Source: an uncultured Spirochaetota bacterium
GTDB lineage: Bacteria; Spirochaetota; UBA4802; UBA5550
Reading direction: 5' to 3'
DNA length: 64,000 nt
NCBI GenBank assembly: GCA_963827275.1
Contig: CAWHAA010000006.1
Coordinates: 192,001 to 256,000 of the forward strand
Each line of letters opens with the position of its first letter. Position 1 is the first letter of the stretch. The notes beneath the pieces were generated by a model. It saw only the letters and a program-made list of their open reading frames with translations, made no database searches and was not told the DNA's origin. This document shows positions 28,349-39,391 of the stretch, in pieces. A program made the position numbers and the translations under genes.

Positions 28349-29251
28349 TTATGGCTCTATCGCTTCGGGCGGCAGGTAAAGCCTGCGGCAGTTTACGCAG
28401 AGCCGGTTCGTGACCCTGTTCGCGGAAAATTCCCGGCGGAGATTTTTCATCGGCTCGCCGGTCCAGATATCCGAAAGCGATGAATCCTTCATGCTGCCCA
28501 GGATATATTTTTTATCATAGTCAAAGCAGCAGGGAACGACGTCCCCGTCCCAGGTAACGGTCATACGCTCAAACGGGAAGGTGCACCGGACGGCCGAACG
28601 GTCGAGGGGCTCCCGGGCGCGGCCATCCGCAAGCGCGTTCACGTCAGGGGCGCTCCCGTCCCATGTGGTAAAACTCTTCGGCAGGAAGAGGTCTATGCCC
28701 GGCAGGGATTCCCAGCGCTCTCTCGTCAGTTTTATGCTCAGCCTGTTCTGCCCGAAGTCTATCATCGACAGGATTACGGTGATTCTGCTGCCGGATTCGG
28801 TTTTCATGCGCAGAAAATCGATGAGGCGCTTGCGGGATGTTTCATACGCGTCCTCCATTCCGCGGATTTGCCGGAATGATTCGTCATCATGGCCGTCAAG
28901 GGAAATATACAGAATGTGCGGGCTGGACGCGATCAGCCTTTCGATGACCGGGCCGGTGAGCATGAACGGGTTAATCGACAGGCCGGTGCGGATGTTTTTG
29001 CCTGCCGCGTATTCGATGAAGCTGTCGAAGCCAGGGTGGAGGAGGCTCTCGCCGAAATGGTGGAGCCAGAGCACATTGCTGCTGCCGTATCCTGGATTTG
29101 CGGCCGCAAGCTCATCTATGGCCGAGCGGTACAGGCCAAATTCCATGTATCCGCGGGGGCGTGTCATGTTGCGCGTCCGCGGGCACATGACACAGCTCAT
29201 GACGCAATGATTGGTGAGCTCTATATTGAATAGGGAAAATGGCCGTTCCAT
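28349..29251 (-). CDS. Radical SAM protein with SPASM/twitch domain
   Basis: IELTNHCVMSCVMC; C.FPF....VTWDGDVVPCCFD...LC.NC. Confidence 0.9.
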   Translation of the reverse strand: MERPFSLFNIELTNHCVMSCVMCPRTRNMTRPRGYMEFGLYRSAIDELAAANPGYGSSNVLWLHHFGESLLHPGFDSFIEYAAGKNIRTGLSINPFMLTGPVIERLIASSPHILYISLDGHDDESFRQIRGMEDAYETSRKRLIDFLRMKTESGSRITVILSMIDFGQNRLSIKLTRERWESLPGIDLFLPKSFTTWDGSAPDVNALADGRAREPLDRSAVRCTFPFERMTVTWDGDVVPCCFDYDKKYILGSMKDSSLSDIWTGEPMKNLRREFSANRVTNRLCVNCRRLYLPPEAIEP

Positions 29252-29417
29252 GGAGACATCCTCGGACCGGCACAAGCTTGAAATCAAGATATTTTAGGGA
29301 CGGGCAATAAAAATATCAGTGTTGAACATAAAATAATTGCATAAATTGAGATGTGCGGAATTCTAGTATATACATGGCATTCGACTGATTTCACATTCAG
29401 AATAATTTCGATCAAAT

Positions 29418-31070
29418 ATGAACACAGCCCTAATCTCAACCATCATAGGCGGCGTCGGACTTTTCATTCTCGGCATGATTCTCATGACAGAGGGGCTCAA
29501 GTCCCTCGCCGGCGACACGCTGCGCGGTCTCCTCAGCCGTTTTACCGGCGGCACCATGTCGGCCATCCTTTCCGGCGCCGGCATCACCGCAATGGTACAG
29601 TCGTCCCACGCGACGATCATCACGACCATAGGCTTCGTCAGCGCGGGTCTCATAACCTTTCAGCAATCGCTCGGCATAATACTCGGCGCCCATCTGGGGA
29701 CGACCAGCACCGGGTGGCTTGTATCTCTCCTCGGGATGAAGCTGAAAATCGGCGCTGTGGCATTGCCCCTTGCGGGCCTCGGCGCGTTTCTGCGCCTTCT
29801 CGGCAAGGAGCGTGTGGCGAGTGCCGGCCTTGTCCTGGCGGGGTTCGGCCTTATTTTTTTCGGCATTGACGTGCTGCAGGTGGGCATGAAAGACCTGTCT
29901 TCCTACATAGACCTGTCCGATTTTGCAGGGATTGGCATCGTCAACAGGTTCATCCTCGTGGGAGTGGGCATTCTCATGACCGTGATCATGCAGGCATCGA
30001 GCGCCGCGGTTGCAGTTACCATGACGGCACTGAACACCGGCACCGTCGATCTGGCCCAGGCGTCAGCGCTTGTCATCGGGCAGAATATCGGCACCACGCT
30101 CACCGCCGGCATCGCCGCAATGGGCGCCACATCGTCAGCACGGAGGACCGCGGCTGCCCACATCATGTTCAATGTCATCACCGGGATCGTCGCGTTCTTG
30201 ATACTGCCCTACTTTATTTACCTGGTGGGTCTTATTGCGCACACCTTCGGCGTCGCCGACAACACGATCACGCTCGCCCTTTTTCACAGCTCGTTCAATA
30301 TTCTCGGTATAATCATAATACTGCCCTTCTTGAAGTTCTTTTCCGGGTTTTTGATGCGGATCATCCCGGAACGCGGACCGTATCTCACGAGGCACCTGGA
30401 CGTATCGCTCATCAATATACCTTCCGTTGCGATCGAGACGGTCAGACGCACCATCATCGATATAACAAAGGCGTCGATTGACATCGTGAGGGAGATGATC
30501 ACTTCAGGCACGGTCTCGGCATCAATGAAGGCGCGTCTCGATGCCGCGGGCCACGCGCTGAACGAGACCCGGCGGTTCCTCGGGAAGATACGCACGCTGA
30601 AAGGCTCTTCCCCGCATTTCGGCTCCCGGTTTATCTCGATCATGCATGCCGTCGATCATGTCGACCAGCTTATCATCGCCTGTTGGGAATTCCGAAAGCT
30701 GAACACCATGCGCAACGATACACGCCTCAATAATCTCGCACAGACGCTCGCGGAAAATGTCGGACCGGTCCTGGTGCGTCTCGAAGGCCTGAAAAAGATG
30801 GAGTCCCTTCAGGCGATGGAGAGCACGGCGCTGTACATGAAAGAGCTTCGTGAAAAGCAGCGCGAAGACATACTTGAGCGGACATCCCTGGGAGCCCTTG
30901 ACGCGGACACTGCCATGCGGCAGATAGAAGCCATCCGCTGGCTCGACAGGGTGACCTACCGTATCTTCCGGGCCTTTTATTACCTCGGGTATCATTCTGA
31001 AAACAATGACGATAACGGTCCGGAAAAAAAGGACCATGAACCTGTTGCGGAAGGGATGGTCGAACCGTGA
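29418..31070 (+). CDS. Na+/Pi cotransporter family protein with PhoU-like C-terminus
   Basis: GLFILGM, VQSSHA and MQASSA repeats, GAHLGTT and GQNIGTT. Confidence 0.9.
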   Translation: MNTALISTIIGGVGLFILGMILMTEGLKSLAGDTLRGLLSRFTGGTMSAILSGAGITAMVQSSHATIITTIGFVSAGLITFQQSLGIILGAHLGTTSTGWLVSLLGMKLKIGAVALPLAGLGAFLRLLGKERVASAGLVLAGFGLIFFGIDVLQVGMKDLSSYIDLSDFAGIGIVNRFILVGVGILMTVIMQASSAAVAVTMTALNTGTVDLAQASALVIGQNIGTTLTAGIAAMGATSSARRTAAAHIMFNVITGIVAFLILPYFIYLVGLIAHTFGVADNTITLALFHSSFNILGIIIILPFLKFFSGFLMRIIPERGPYLTRHLDVSLINIPSVAIETVRRTIIDITKASIDIVREMITSGTVSASMKARLDAAGHALNETRRFLGKIRTLKGSSPHFGSRFISIMHAVDHVDQLIIACWEFRKLNTMRNDTRLNNLAQTLAENVGPVLVRLEGLKKMESLQAMESTALYMKELREKQREDILERTSLGALDADTAMRQIEAIRWLDRVTYRIFRAFYYLGYHSENNDDNGPEKKDHEPVAEGMVEP

Positions 31071-31144
31071 CCGCCGTCTCTGATATATGCTGACCACGAC
31101 ATTTACCCGCTGACGGGCCTTAGTTGCACATTGAACGAACGGAG

Positions 31145-31990
31145 ATGAACATGAACCAGGACCAGGTAAAAGAGCTCCTGCTGAAGCTCGATTCTGACGC
31201 AGGGGACTTCTCGCTTATTTTTTCAGGTAAAACGAGCACCAGGGTGGACGGCCTCTATTACCCTGACCGAAGGGAGATCATCATACATAACAGGAACTTC
31301 AGCGATGATAACCAGCTTGTTTATACCGCACTGCATGAATTTGCGCACCATCTGCACCATACCAGGTCGAGCGTACCCGTTTCAAGCCGCGCGCATACAA
31401 TAGCCTTCTGGGACATTTTCCACAAGCTCCTGTTCCTCGCAGAGGAAAAGGGGATATACAATAATATTTTCAAGAAGGAAACGCGTTTTATAGATCTTAC
31501 TGAAAAAATTAAAAAAAATTATCTCGCGGCCAACGGCCAGCTCATGAAGGAACTGGGCGCACTCCTTGAACAGGCTGCCGCGCTCTGCGCCGAGTTGAAC
31601 GTGAGCTTCGACGACTACGTTGACCGCGAGCTGCTCCTGCACCGGGGCACGGCGAAAATGCTCGTAAAGATCAGAGCTATGGACATCAATCCCGCGATAG
31701 GATATGACAACATGAAGACTGTCGCGGGCATACGGGACGATACTGCCCGCGCCGGCGCCGAGGAGGCATTTGCGGAGGGAAAGACCCCGGACATGGTGCG
31801 GGCCGAGTTCGCCACGCGCGCAAAGAGCGGGGACTCTCTGGCGGTCCTGTTCGAGGAGCGGGACAAGATTGAGCGGTCAATAGACACCCTTACCAGGAAA
31901 CTCGCCAGGATCGAGCGCAGGATAAACGACCTCAAGTATGAAGAGCATCCGGGCAGAAAGAGCCGGGCCGGGACGCCGGACCCGGCCTAA
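31145..31990 (+). CDS. HEXXH zinc-metalloprotease-like protein (SprT-like N-terminus) with helical/coiled-coil C-terminus
   Basis: GLYY...EIIIH, ALHEFAHH, AHTIAFW; C-terminal heptad repeats. Confidence 0.7.
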   Translation: MNMNQDQVKELLLKLDSDAGDFSLIFSGKTSTRVDGLYYPDRREIIIHNRNFSDDNQLVYTALHEFAHHLHHTRSSVPVSSRAHTIAFWDIFHKLLFLAEEKGIYNNIFKKETRFIDLTEKIKKNYLAANGQLMKELGALLEQAAALCAELNVSFDDYVDRELLLHRGTAKMLVKIRAMDINPAIGYDNMKTVAGIRDDTARAGAEEAFAEGKTPDMVRAEFATRAKSGDSLAVLFEERDKIERSIDTLTRKLARIERRINDLKYEEHPGRKSRAGTPDPA

Positions 31991-32751
31991 CGGTACCGCT
32001 CAGAAAAGATGAATGATTTTGACTTCAATTCAGTGTGATAATAATTCTCTATATAAAGCGAGTAGCTGAACAGCAGGTCCAGCACCTCGTTCTCACGGTA
32101 TCCGGAATGAGCGATCGCGCTGAATTTCCTGATTGCGCACTCACGCATGAATTCGATCATATCGGGGGGAAGCAGGGTGCTGCCCTGTGTTGGCCCGCGG
32201 TCATCGCCAAGGCAGCTGCCGCATACGGGACGGAGATCGATGACATCAAGGGTAAATCGCGAAGAGAACCTCTTCCCGCAGATCTTGCATGAATCGAGGT
32301 CCGAAATAATTCCCTGGCCTTTCATGAGATGAAAGATGAAGAAGGCTGAAAGGTGTGCGGGATATTCGGTCCTGGAGAGCACTTCAATGGCGGCGAGAAG
32401 GAGCTTGAACAGCTGCTCGTCACGAACCCCGTAACCGCTGGTTTTCTCGACGGATTCAAGTATGAAATAGAGGTGGAAGATCTTCCTCAGGTCGGTGCTT
32501 ATGGAGGCATGGTACTTTTCAATGCTTACGTCGTTGACGATATACGAATCGCGGTCATCGCGGAAATAGTACACGATGTTTGCGACCGCGCCGGGTTCGG
32601 TGGCCGAGAGTGAGCGCTTTTTACTCTTACGGAGCCCCTTGAAGAGAAACTTGCGCTTGCCGGCGTCAATTGTAAAATAATTGCATATGATATCCGCCTC
32701 GCCGAAGACCTGCGAAGAAAGCGCTATCCCCGTTGTTTTGAGGATGTTCAT
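31987..32751 (-). CDS. recO: DNA repair protein RecO
   Basis: GIAL....FGEAD.I..FT..AGK; CKICG...VCGSC zinc finger. Confidence 0.9.
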   Translation of the reverse strand: MNILKTTGIALSSQVFGEADIICNYFTIDAGKRKFLFKGLRKSKKRSLSATEPGAVANIVYYFRDDRDSYIVNDVSIEKYHASISTDLRKIFHLYFILESVEKTSGYGVRDEQLFKLLLAAIEVLSRTEYPAHLSAFFIFHLMKGQGIISDLDSCKICGKRFSSRFTLDVIDLRPVCGSCLGDDRGPTQGSTLLPPDMIEFMRECAIRKFSAIAHSGYRENEVLDLLFSYSLYIENYYHTELKSKSFIFSERYR

Positions 32752-32757
32752 GACGCG

Positions 32758-33594
32758 TTATTTACTGCCGGCAAGAGTGACAGTTATGCGATTGATTATC
32801 GTCCCGCTGATGTCCTTGATGGCAAACTGGATCTTCCCATCGCGTATTGTCTCCCCTTTTTCGGGTATCTTGCCGAAAAGGTCAAGAACGTACCCGCCGA
32901 TGGTGTCGAACCCTTCCTGCGACAGATCGAGCCCCAGCTTCTCGTTGAAATCGGCAATTGTCATTCGGGAATCAACTTCGTAAACGTTTCTCGACAATTT
33001 TTCAATTTCAGGGAGGTCAACACTGTCGTATTCATCCTTGATGTCGCCGACGATCTCCTCGAGTATGTCTTCAAGGGTGACGAGGCCGCTGATGCCGCCG
33101 TATTCGTCGACAACGACGGCGATATGGAGGTTCCGGTTTTTGAATTCGAGGAGCAGCTCGTCCAGGTTCATCGTCTCGGGCACAAAGTAAGGTTCGTGCA
33201 ATATTTTCTTTAACTGGAATTTCTTTTTCGATGTTTCGATCAGCAGCTTGAGGAGGTCTTTGACGTAGAGAATCCCTATGATGTTATCAATCTTTTCCTG
33301 GTAAACAGGCACGCGGGAATGTCCCGCCTTGCACATGGTCTTTACGAGGGGTTTCAGCTCGGTTTCGGAATCCACGGCAAAGACGTCCACCCTCGGAATC
33401 ATGATATCGCGGGCATTGAGGTCCGGCAGCTTTATAATACCGCGTATCATGTCTTTCCGGTTGACGTCCAGCTTCTCGTAATCGCATGATTCAAGGACAT
33501 CCTTATTTGACCGGGTGATCAATTTTTTAAGACGGTTGATGATGCTATTTTTATTGTCAGGACTATTGCCCGAAGAGGAATTATCTGATACCAT
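32758..33594 (-). CDS. CBS/CorC_HlyC domain protein (CorC/TlyC family)
   Basis: DIMIPR, HSRVPVY, VVDEYGG.SGLVTLEDILEEIVGDI.DEYD, DTIGG. Confidence 0.9.
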   Translation of the reverse strand: MVSDNSSSGNSPDNKNSIINRLKKLITRSNKDVLESCDYEKLDVNRKDMIRGIIKLPDLNARDIMIPRVDVFAVDSETELKPLVKTMCKAGHSRVPVYQEKIDNIIGILYVKDLLKLLIETSKKKFQLKKILHEPYFVPETMNLDELLLEFKNRNLHIAVVVDEYGGISGLVTLEDILEEIVGDIKDEYDSVDLPEIEKLSRNVYEVDSRMTIADFNEKLGLDLSQEGFDTIGGYVLDLFGKIPEKGETIRDGKIQFAIKDISGTIINRITVTLAGSK

Positions 33595-33890
33595 TCTGAT
33601 GTAGATGTAACCTTCCTGTTGTTTATCCTTTTTTTAAAAAGCACCAGAGGTGGTAATTTGTCAACAGTATTTTTTAAGGGTAAAAGCAGAGTTTCATGGG
33701 GATGATATGATGGCAAATTTACGACCCGGGGCTGGCGATTTTTCATGAAAATAATACCATATGAATGTCGATTGGCAATAATTTGCCTTATCACGTAAAA
33801 AAAAGAAAAAAATATGGTTTACAGCGTATGGCACGTCTGTGAAAAGATTTTACCTGTTACTATAAAATACATTATTTACCGGTAGTTTGC

Positions 33891-34679
33891 ATGAAGAAAT
33901 TTTTTGAAACTGAGGCGGTCATTTTTTCAACCGGTGGCGGCGAAAAAGGCCGTTACCAGGACACTGTCCGCAATATTCGCCGTGCAATTGATCGTGGCGC
34001 TGACGTGGTCAGGTCAAACGTGTCGATGACGATGGATAATAAAATAGTGCTCTACTCTGACATCGCTTTCAAGAATAAACCCATGTTTGAGCAGGGGATA
34101 TCGGCGATGGAGCTCGGCAGGTTGAGGGAGATGCATGCCGGCTTTATTCGCGACGGCGTAGGGGATGATTCCCCCGATGATGCGGAAGGCCTCTTTCCGG
34201 AGCTCTCAGATGTGCTGGCGGAATTTCCATCGCAGCGCTTCAATCTGAATTTTCCCGATGCGTCAACAGAGACGGCTGAGTCGGCCGCCGGGGTCATCGC
34301 AGGAATGAAAGCAGATGACCGCGTACTCGCCTCTGCAGTGAACAGCGGCGTCATTAAAAGGATGCGGACATTATTGCCGGGCATGCCCACGTCCTTTTCT
34401 TTCTCGGCGATCGTGGGTTTTTACGCCCTGTACAGGTCCGGCTTCCTGTATTTCAAGAAAAAGTTTCTTCCCGATGCGCTCATCATGCATGAAATGATCG
34501 GCGGGTCGTATCTCGGCAGCCAGGGCATGATAGCCGAGGCAGTAAAGAGAGGCATTGCCGTGTTTTTCCTCAACGTCAGCACGGAGGACCAGGTGCGCCG
34601 CCTCCGCGAAGCCGGCGCGACCGGTTTCGTCACCGGTGATATCGAAATCGTCAAGGGCGCGTTGTCCGGCATGCAATAA
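33891..34679 (+). CDS. Glycerophosphodiester phosphodiesterase-fold protein, catalytic residues degenerate
   Basis: GDPD layout (AIDRGAD, T.D.K.VL..D, P.L.DVL, G..GFVT..I), but AHRG is STGG, ExD is RSN and HD is SD. Confidence 0.7.
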   Translation: MKKFFETEAVIFSTGGGEKGRYQDTVRNIRRAIDRGADVVRSNVSMTMDNKIVLYSDIAFKNKPMFEQGISAMELGRLREMHAGFIRDGVGDDSPDDAEGLFPELSDVLAEFPSQRFNLNFPDASTETAESAAGVIAGMKADDRVLASAVNSGVIKRMRTLLPGMPTSFSFSAIVGFYALYRSGFLYFKKKFLPDALIMHEMIGGSYLGSQGMIAEAVKRGIAVFFLNVSTEDQVRRLREAGATGFVTGDIEIVKGALSGMQ

Positions 34680-34732
34680 CACGCTGCCTTCGCGATCAAT
34701 CCGGAAAAGCCCTTCCAAGGAGAATGTCGTTA

Positions 34733-36287
34733 ATGAAAAAAATTCTTTTGATAAACCCCCCCTATCCGATGGAGGAATCTCCTTCACCGCCATTCGGGCT
34801 CATGTCTCTCGGTGCATACCTTGTCAAAAATGGTTTCGTGGTAAAGATCGAAGATTACATAGTGACGCCGTACTCGCCGGACAGGATCAGGAAGACATTG
34901 CGTGAATTCCGGCCCGAGGTCATAGGCGCTACCGGCGTCACCATGAATATAAACAGGGCGCTGGCCATCCTCAAGGAATGCCGCCGGGAATACCCTGGGG
35001 CTACCATCGTGATGGGCGGCCCGCACGTGACCTTCGACGCGATGAACATACTGTCACAAAACGAATATATCGATTTTATCGTCAGGGGGGAGGGCGAGCT
35101 TACCAGCGTTGAGCTCTTCTCAAATCTCGAACGGCCTGAAACTTTCAGCGGGATACGCGGTATCTCATACAGGGCGAACGGTACCGTTGTCCACAACGAG
35201 ATGAGGGAATTTATTCCCGATATCAACATACTCCCGTACCCGGCCCGCGACCTAGTGCAGATCGGCAAGTACCGCGCGCTCAACCTGCCGCTGAACATGG
35301 TGACTTCCCGCGGGTGCCCCTTTGAATGCATATTCTGCGTCGGCTCCAGGATGGTGGGGCGGAAGGTCCGCTATTTCGACACCATGCGTGTTGTCGATGA
35401 ATTTGAGATGCTGTCAAAAATGGGAACGCGGCAGATCAATATCGTTGACGACCTCTTTACGTCGAACAGGAAGCGCTGTACCGCCATCTGCGACGAGATC
35501 ATCAGGAGGGGCATTCGGCAGGACTGGACAGCGTTTGCCCGCGTTGACACTGTTTCTCCGGAGCTCCTTGCCGCCATGAAGGCCGCCGGCTGCACGATGC
35601 TCTGCTTCGGGATAGAGAGCGGCAACCAGGAGATTCTCGACCTCGTGAAAAAGAAGATCACCCTTGAAAAAATCGAAAAGGCGATCGCGATGTGCAGGGA
35701 GGCGGGGATTGTTCCCATGGCTTCCTATATCATGGGCCTGCCGGGTGAAACGCCCGAAACCGTGCGGCAGACAATGGAATTCGCGAAAAACCTGTGCAAC
35801 AGCTACGGCTATCACATTCTGGCGCCCTTCCCGGGGACCGAGGTGCGGGAAAAGGCCGAGCAGTACGGCATGCGCATCCTCACGAGCGACTGGGACCAAT
35901 ATGACGCCAACAGGTCTGTGTGTGAATCGATATCACCTTCCGCACCAGGAAGTCGACCGCATCGTGAACGAATTCAATGACGGGATCAACCGCATGATCA
36001 TAAGCGAGCTCAAAAAGCACGAGCGGGGTGAGAATATATCCGGGGAAAATCTTTCGATGGTACATAACATTATTTCTCTCGACTTTAACCTGAAGCTCAT
36101 CAATGATGATCTGGTTGAACGCTATGCCCAGAGCAATGGAGAACGGGGTGATATCGCCGGCTTTATCGGGTTCGTATCCGATAGTACCGGAATGGACAAA
36201 GAGATTGTCGCCGCTGAAATAACCCGGCTGGTTGACATGGGCTGCCTTTCAGATACAGGCGGGCAGCCGGGGGTTTCCTGGGCATGA
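34733..36287 (+). CDS. B12-binding radical SAM protein; +1 frameshift near 35933
   Basis: LLINPP, PPFGL, GGPHVT, GEGE, TSRGCPFECIFC, PFPGT. The C-terminus continues in ORF 35664..36287 (HLPHQEVDRIV...). Confidence 0.88.
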
Positions 36288-36320
36288 TATCATGCAAGCG
36301 TTAAGGAGGGCATGCGTCTC

Positions 36321-37244
36321 TCAGATCCGCACACCGAGCATGGCGTAGTAGCGCAGGCTCTGGAAAAACATGTCCTGGTAAAACACCACGTAATAATCTA
36401 CCCCGATATTGAGGCTCAGGGCGAAAAGGAAGTTCAGCTCTATGGCCGCGCCCGCTTTGAGGTACGGATCAAGGGAGATGATCTCACTGCTCACCAGCGG
36501 AATTCCCTGGTAGGTGCGCCTGATGTATTCCTGGACCGAATACGACGCGCCGCCGCCAAGACGAAGATAGAAGTTCAGCGGTATTTTCAACTGCGTTTTA
36601 ATGAACAGGGAAGGGCCGACGAGTACATTCATGAGGCTTGAAGTGAATTGTATTGAATTAATGCCGGCATACCTGCAGTAGCTGCCTTCGATCTCAATAC
36701 CCATGTATTTGAGAAAATTTTTAGGAGTAATGTATTTTGAATTTCCAAAGTGGAATCCGATTGACCCGATATAGTTCAGGTAGCGAAGGTCAAAAACGGT
36801 GTCTTTGTACCTGCTGTTCCAGGGAGGCAGCAGCATATTATAGGAAACGCCGGCGCTTATTTTCAGGCCTGCATTGGCGGCGTATTCGTTCGTAAAAAAT
36901 TTCGAACGGACGGACTTCCTGATCTCGATAACATCCCAGTCCGTCCAGAAGCTTATCTTTTCAAATTTATTTATCGCGCCGATGCGGATACTGTATTTTG
37001 CCGGCGGCAGCAGAAAGTCGATGTAGTTAGTGTCAACGGTCCGGTCAATAACCATCGCATCTGAGGCGTCCTTGATCTGCACGTTGAATTTTATGATGCC
37101 TTCGATGGCGGCCCATTTGATCCTGAGCGGTTTTTCGCTCTTTTCGTTATCGCGGGCATAGGCGGAGGCGCCCGACGCGATGAGAATCGAAATGAGAAGC
37201 ATGGCCCTGAGTATGTAGCTGTTACGATTTTTCATGCTGATCAC
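36321..37244 (-). CDS. Outer-membrane beta-barrel protein with N-terminal Fn3-like domain
   Basis: Signal peptide; IKW...F.VQI...Y.IRIGAINKF; alternating amphipathic strands ending YYAMLGVRI. Confidence 0.7.
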   Translation of the reverse strand: MISMKNRNSYILRAMLLISILIASGASAYARDNEKSEKPLRIKWAAIEGIIKFNVQIKDASDAMVIDRTVDTNYIDFLLPPAKYSIRIGAINKFEKISFWTDWDVIEIRKSVRSKFFTNEYAANAGLKISAGVSYNMLLPPWNSRYKDTVFDLRYLNYIGSIGFHFGNSKYITPKNFLKYMGIEIEGSYCRYAGINSIQFTSSLMNVLVGPSLFIKTQLKIPLNFYLRLGGGASYSVQEYIRRTYQGIPLVSSEIISLDPYLKAGAAIELNFLFALSLNIGVDYYVVFYQDMFFQSLRYYAMLGVRI

Positions 37245-39391
37245 TCTGTGTGAATAATGTTGGGGGTATCGAGCTTGAGATCGCCCTTGATTCCCAGCTT
37301 GATGTCAAAAACCATCTTCACTTCTTCGCTCTTTCTTTTAATGCGGTTCGCGGCGGGGTCGATGTCGATCGCCTGCAGCGTCCAGAGAAATTTACCTACA
37401 TCAAGCTTTTTCAAGTCTGAAAAGACATAGTAATTGTTCCTGGTTTCAAGCGTCGCGATCGAATAATTTATCAACCCCTTGACCTGGTAGAGGCCGATCC
37501 GGTAGTAGTTTGCGCCCTTTACAGGCTTCCAGTAGAAGTTGAGCGTATCTTTTTTCAGCATATCAATCGCAGACCCCCCGAGCGGGGAGATGGGTACCGG
37601 GTTGTCAAGAAGGGCCATGATCTCGAAAGAGCCGACCGGGCTGGTCATAACCGTTGTATTGCTGTCGTCAACAAGGGCAACGCGCCAGAAGTAACGGCCC
37701 TCATAGATATCAGGGATGTCCGCAGAGAGATCAGCGACGGAAATCTCCTTCATGACCTTGCTGAAATCACGGACCCTTGACACCTGGAGGCGGTATTTGC
37801 CTTCGAGCTCGGTCTTTGACCATGAAAAATCAACGCTCGAGCCCTTGCCGGGGGCTTTATTTATTATGAAGGCGCCGTTCTGCGGCTCAATGAGGGCGAT
37901 GGCGCCGGACTGTATCACCTTTAAGCGCCGCACGCTTGAAAAATCGGTCATCGAGCCGTCCTTCATGACGCCCCTGAGGCCCCAGAAATAATTACCGTCA
38001 GTTAGTTTGCCGGTGAATTTGATGTTGTTACCGCCGATGGTTTTCTTGAAGATCACTTTTTCCAGGTCGCGGTCCTCTGCGAGCAGCAGCAGGGTTTTAA
38101 TGATCGACGGGTCTTTTGTCCAGTTGAACGTAAGGCCCTTCTGTACGATGGAAAGCGGATGTACTGCCCTGTCATCTGTCGGGAAGACCGGCTGGGGCGG
38201 CTCGAGCTTTTCAGTTTTCGAAACGGTGAAGGCGAATACCGGCGACTCCGAAATGGCCTGTTCGCGATCGGCAACATTGACGTTGGCTACTTTCCAGAAA
38301 TAGGAACCCTGGCCGAGATCATTCATGGCAATCCTGTTGGTCTCGACCACGGAATTTATCACCGGGGACGACATGTCGGCTTTCTTTGATACGAGCAGAT
38401 TGTAGCGCGATACGGATTCATTTTTTGACCAGATGAAGGCGATCATCGGGTTTTCATCGCGGTATTTGATTGTCGAATTGTTCGCGGGCGCGATCAGGGT
38501 GACCGGCTTGTTGCTGAATACGCTCAATTTGCGGATTTCGCTCGATTCAACTTTGCCGCTTTCCCTGTTTACGGCGTTAACGCGCCAGAAATATACACCG
38601 TCCTGGAGGTCGATGGAGTGTGTCTTTCCGCGTACCTTCTTGTTAATAAGCGGGTCGGATACTCCCGGGTTGTTTGCAATCTCAAGCGACGTGTCGTATT
38701 CCCCGCGCGGGGTTTCCCAGGAAAACGCAACGGCCGTCTTCGCGCCGGTTGAATCAATACTTGCGTTCTGTACCGGTGCTAAAAGCTGTATTGTAAGATC
38801 ATACAGGCGCACGCCGTCTTTTTCAGCCACGATGTTCTGGTTCTCGTTTATGATCTTTTCGTCATTACCCGTTTTAAGAGTGGCGGTACCGCGGTTGACC
38901 GTCATCTGGAGACGGTCGCCGCTGTCCTGTGAAATGCTCACATCGCCGTTTTTCAGCGATACGCTTGATCCGCCTGAGTCTATGTTGATTTTTTTTGCCG
39001 CGCCGCTGACCGCGGCGGACTGTTTCGCATTTATAGTACCCTGGATAAACTTGATGTCAACTTCGCTTTCGGAAAGGGCGAGGAGTATCATGCTGTTCTC
39101 GCTGAGGGTGATTTCTGTGCCGTCATCAAGACGGATGGAAGTCTCGGACTGGTCGGCGGTGCGCACCGTGTCATAGTTGTAGAGCGGAGTATTTTTTGAA
39201 ACCCCTCCCCATACGACGCGGTTTGAAAATTTCCGCTCAGCTATGTTGCGCGAGGCGGTTATTTTTCCTATGCGCTTCGTGTTGCCCGGGCCCGATCCGG
39301 TGGTGATATCGGTATAGAGCAGATACCCGAGTCCGGCAATGATCGACAGTCCGAGGGCTGTTATAAAAAAATCACTTTTCGATAATCTCAT
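37241..39391 (-). CDS. FecR-domain protein with five Fn3/Ig-like repeats
   Basis: N-terminal TM; LY.YD.VRT..S..I.L.DGT.I.L.ENS FecR motif; five L..P...F.W...YFW.V-type repeats. Confidence 0.85.
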   Translation of the reverse strand: MRLSKSDFFITALGLSIIAGLGYLLYTDITTGSGPGNTKRIGKITASRNIAERKFSNRVVWGGVSKNTPLYNYDTVRTADQSETSIRLDDGTEITLSENSMILLALSESEVDIKFIQGTINAKQSAAVSGAAKKINIDSGGSSVSLKNGDVSISQDSGDRLQMTVNRGTATLKTGNDEKIINENQNIVAEKDGVRLYDLTIQLLAPVQNASIDSTGAKTAVAFSWETPRGEYDTSLEIANNPGVSDPLINKKVRGKTHSIDLQDGVYFWRVNAVNRESGKVESSEIRKLSVFSNKPVTLIAPANNSTIKYRDENPMIAFIWSKNESVSRYNLLVSKKADMSSPVINSVVETNRIAMNDLGQGSYFWKVANVNVADREQAISESPVFAFTVSKTEKLEPPQPVFPTDDRAVHPLSIVQKGLTFNWTKDPSIIKTLLLLAEDRDLEKVIFKKTIGGNNIKFTGKLTDGNYFWGLRGVMKDGSMTDFSSVRRLKVIQSGAIALIEPQNGAFIINKAPGKGSSVDFSWSKTELEGKYRLQVSRVRDFSKVMKEISVADLSADIPDIYEGRYFWRVALVDDSNTTVMTSPVGSFEIMALLDNPVPISPLGGSAIDMLKKDTLNFYWKPVKGANYYRIGLYQVKGLINYSIATLETRNNYYVFSDLKKLDVGKFLWTLQAIDIDPAANRIKRKSEEVKMVFDIKLGIKGDLKLDTPNIIHTE

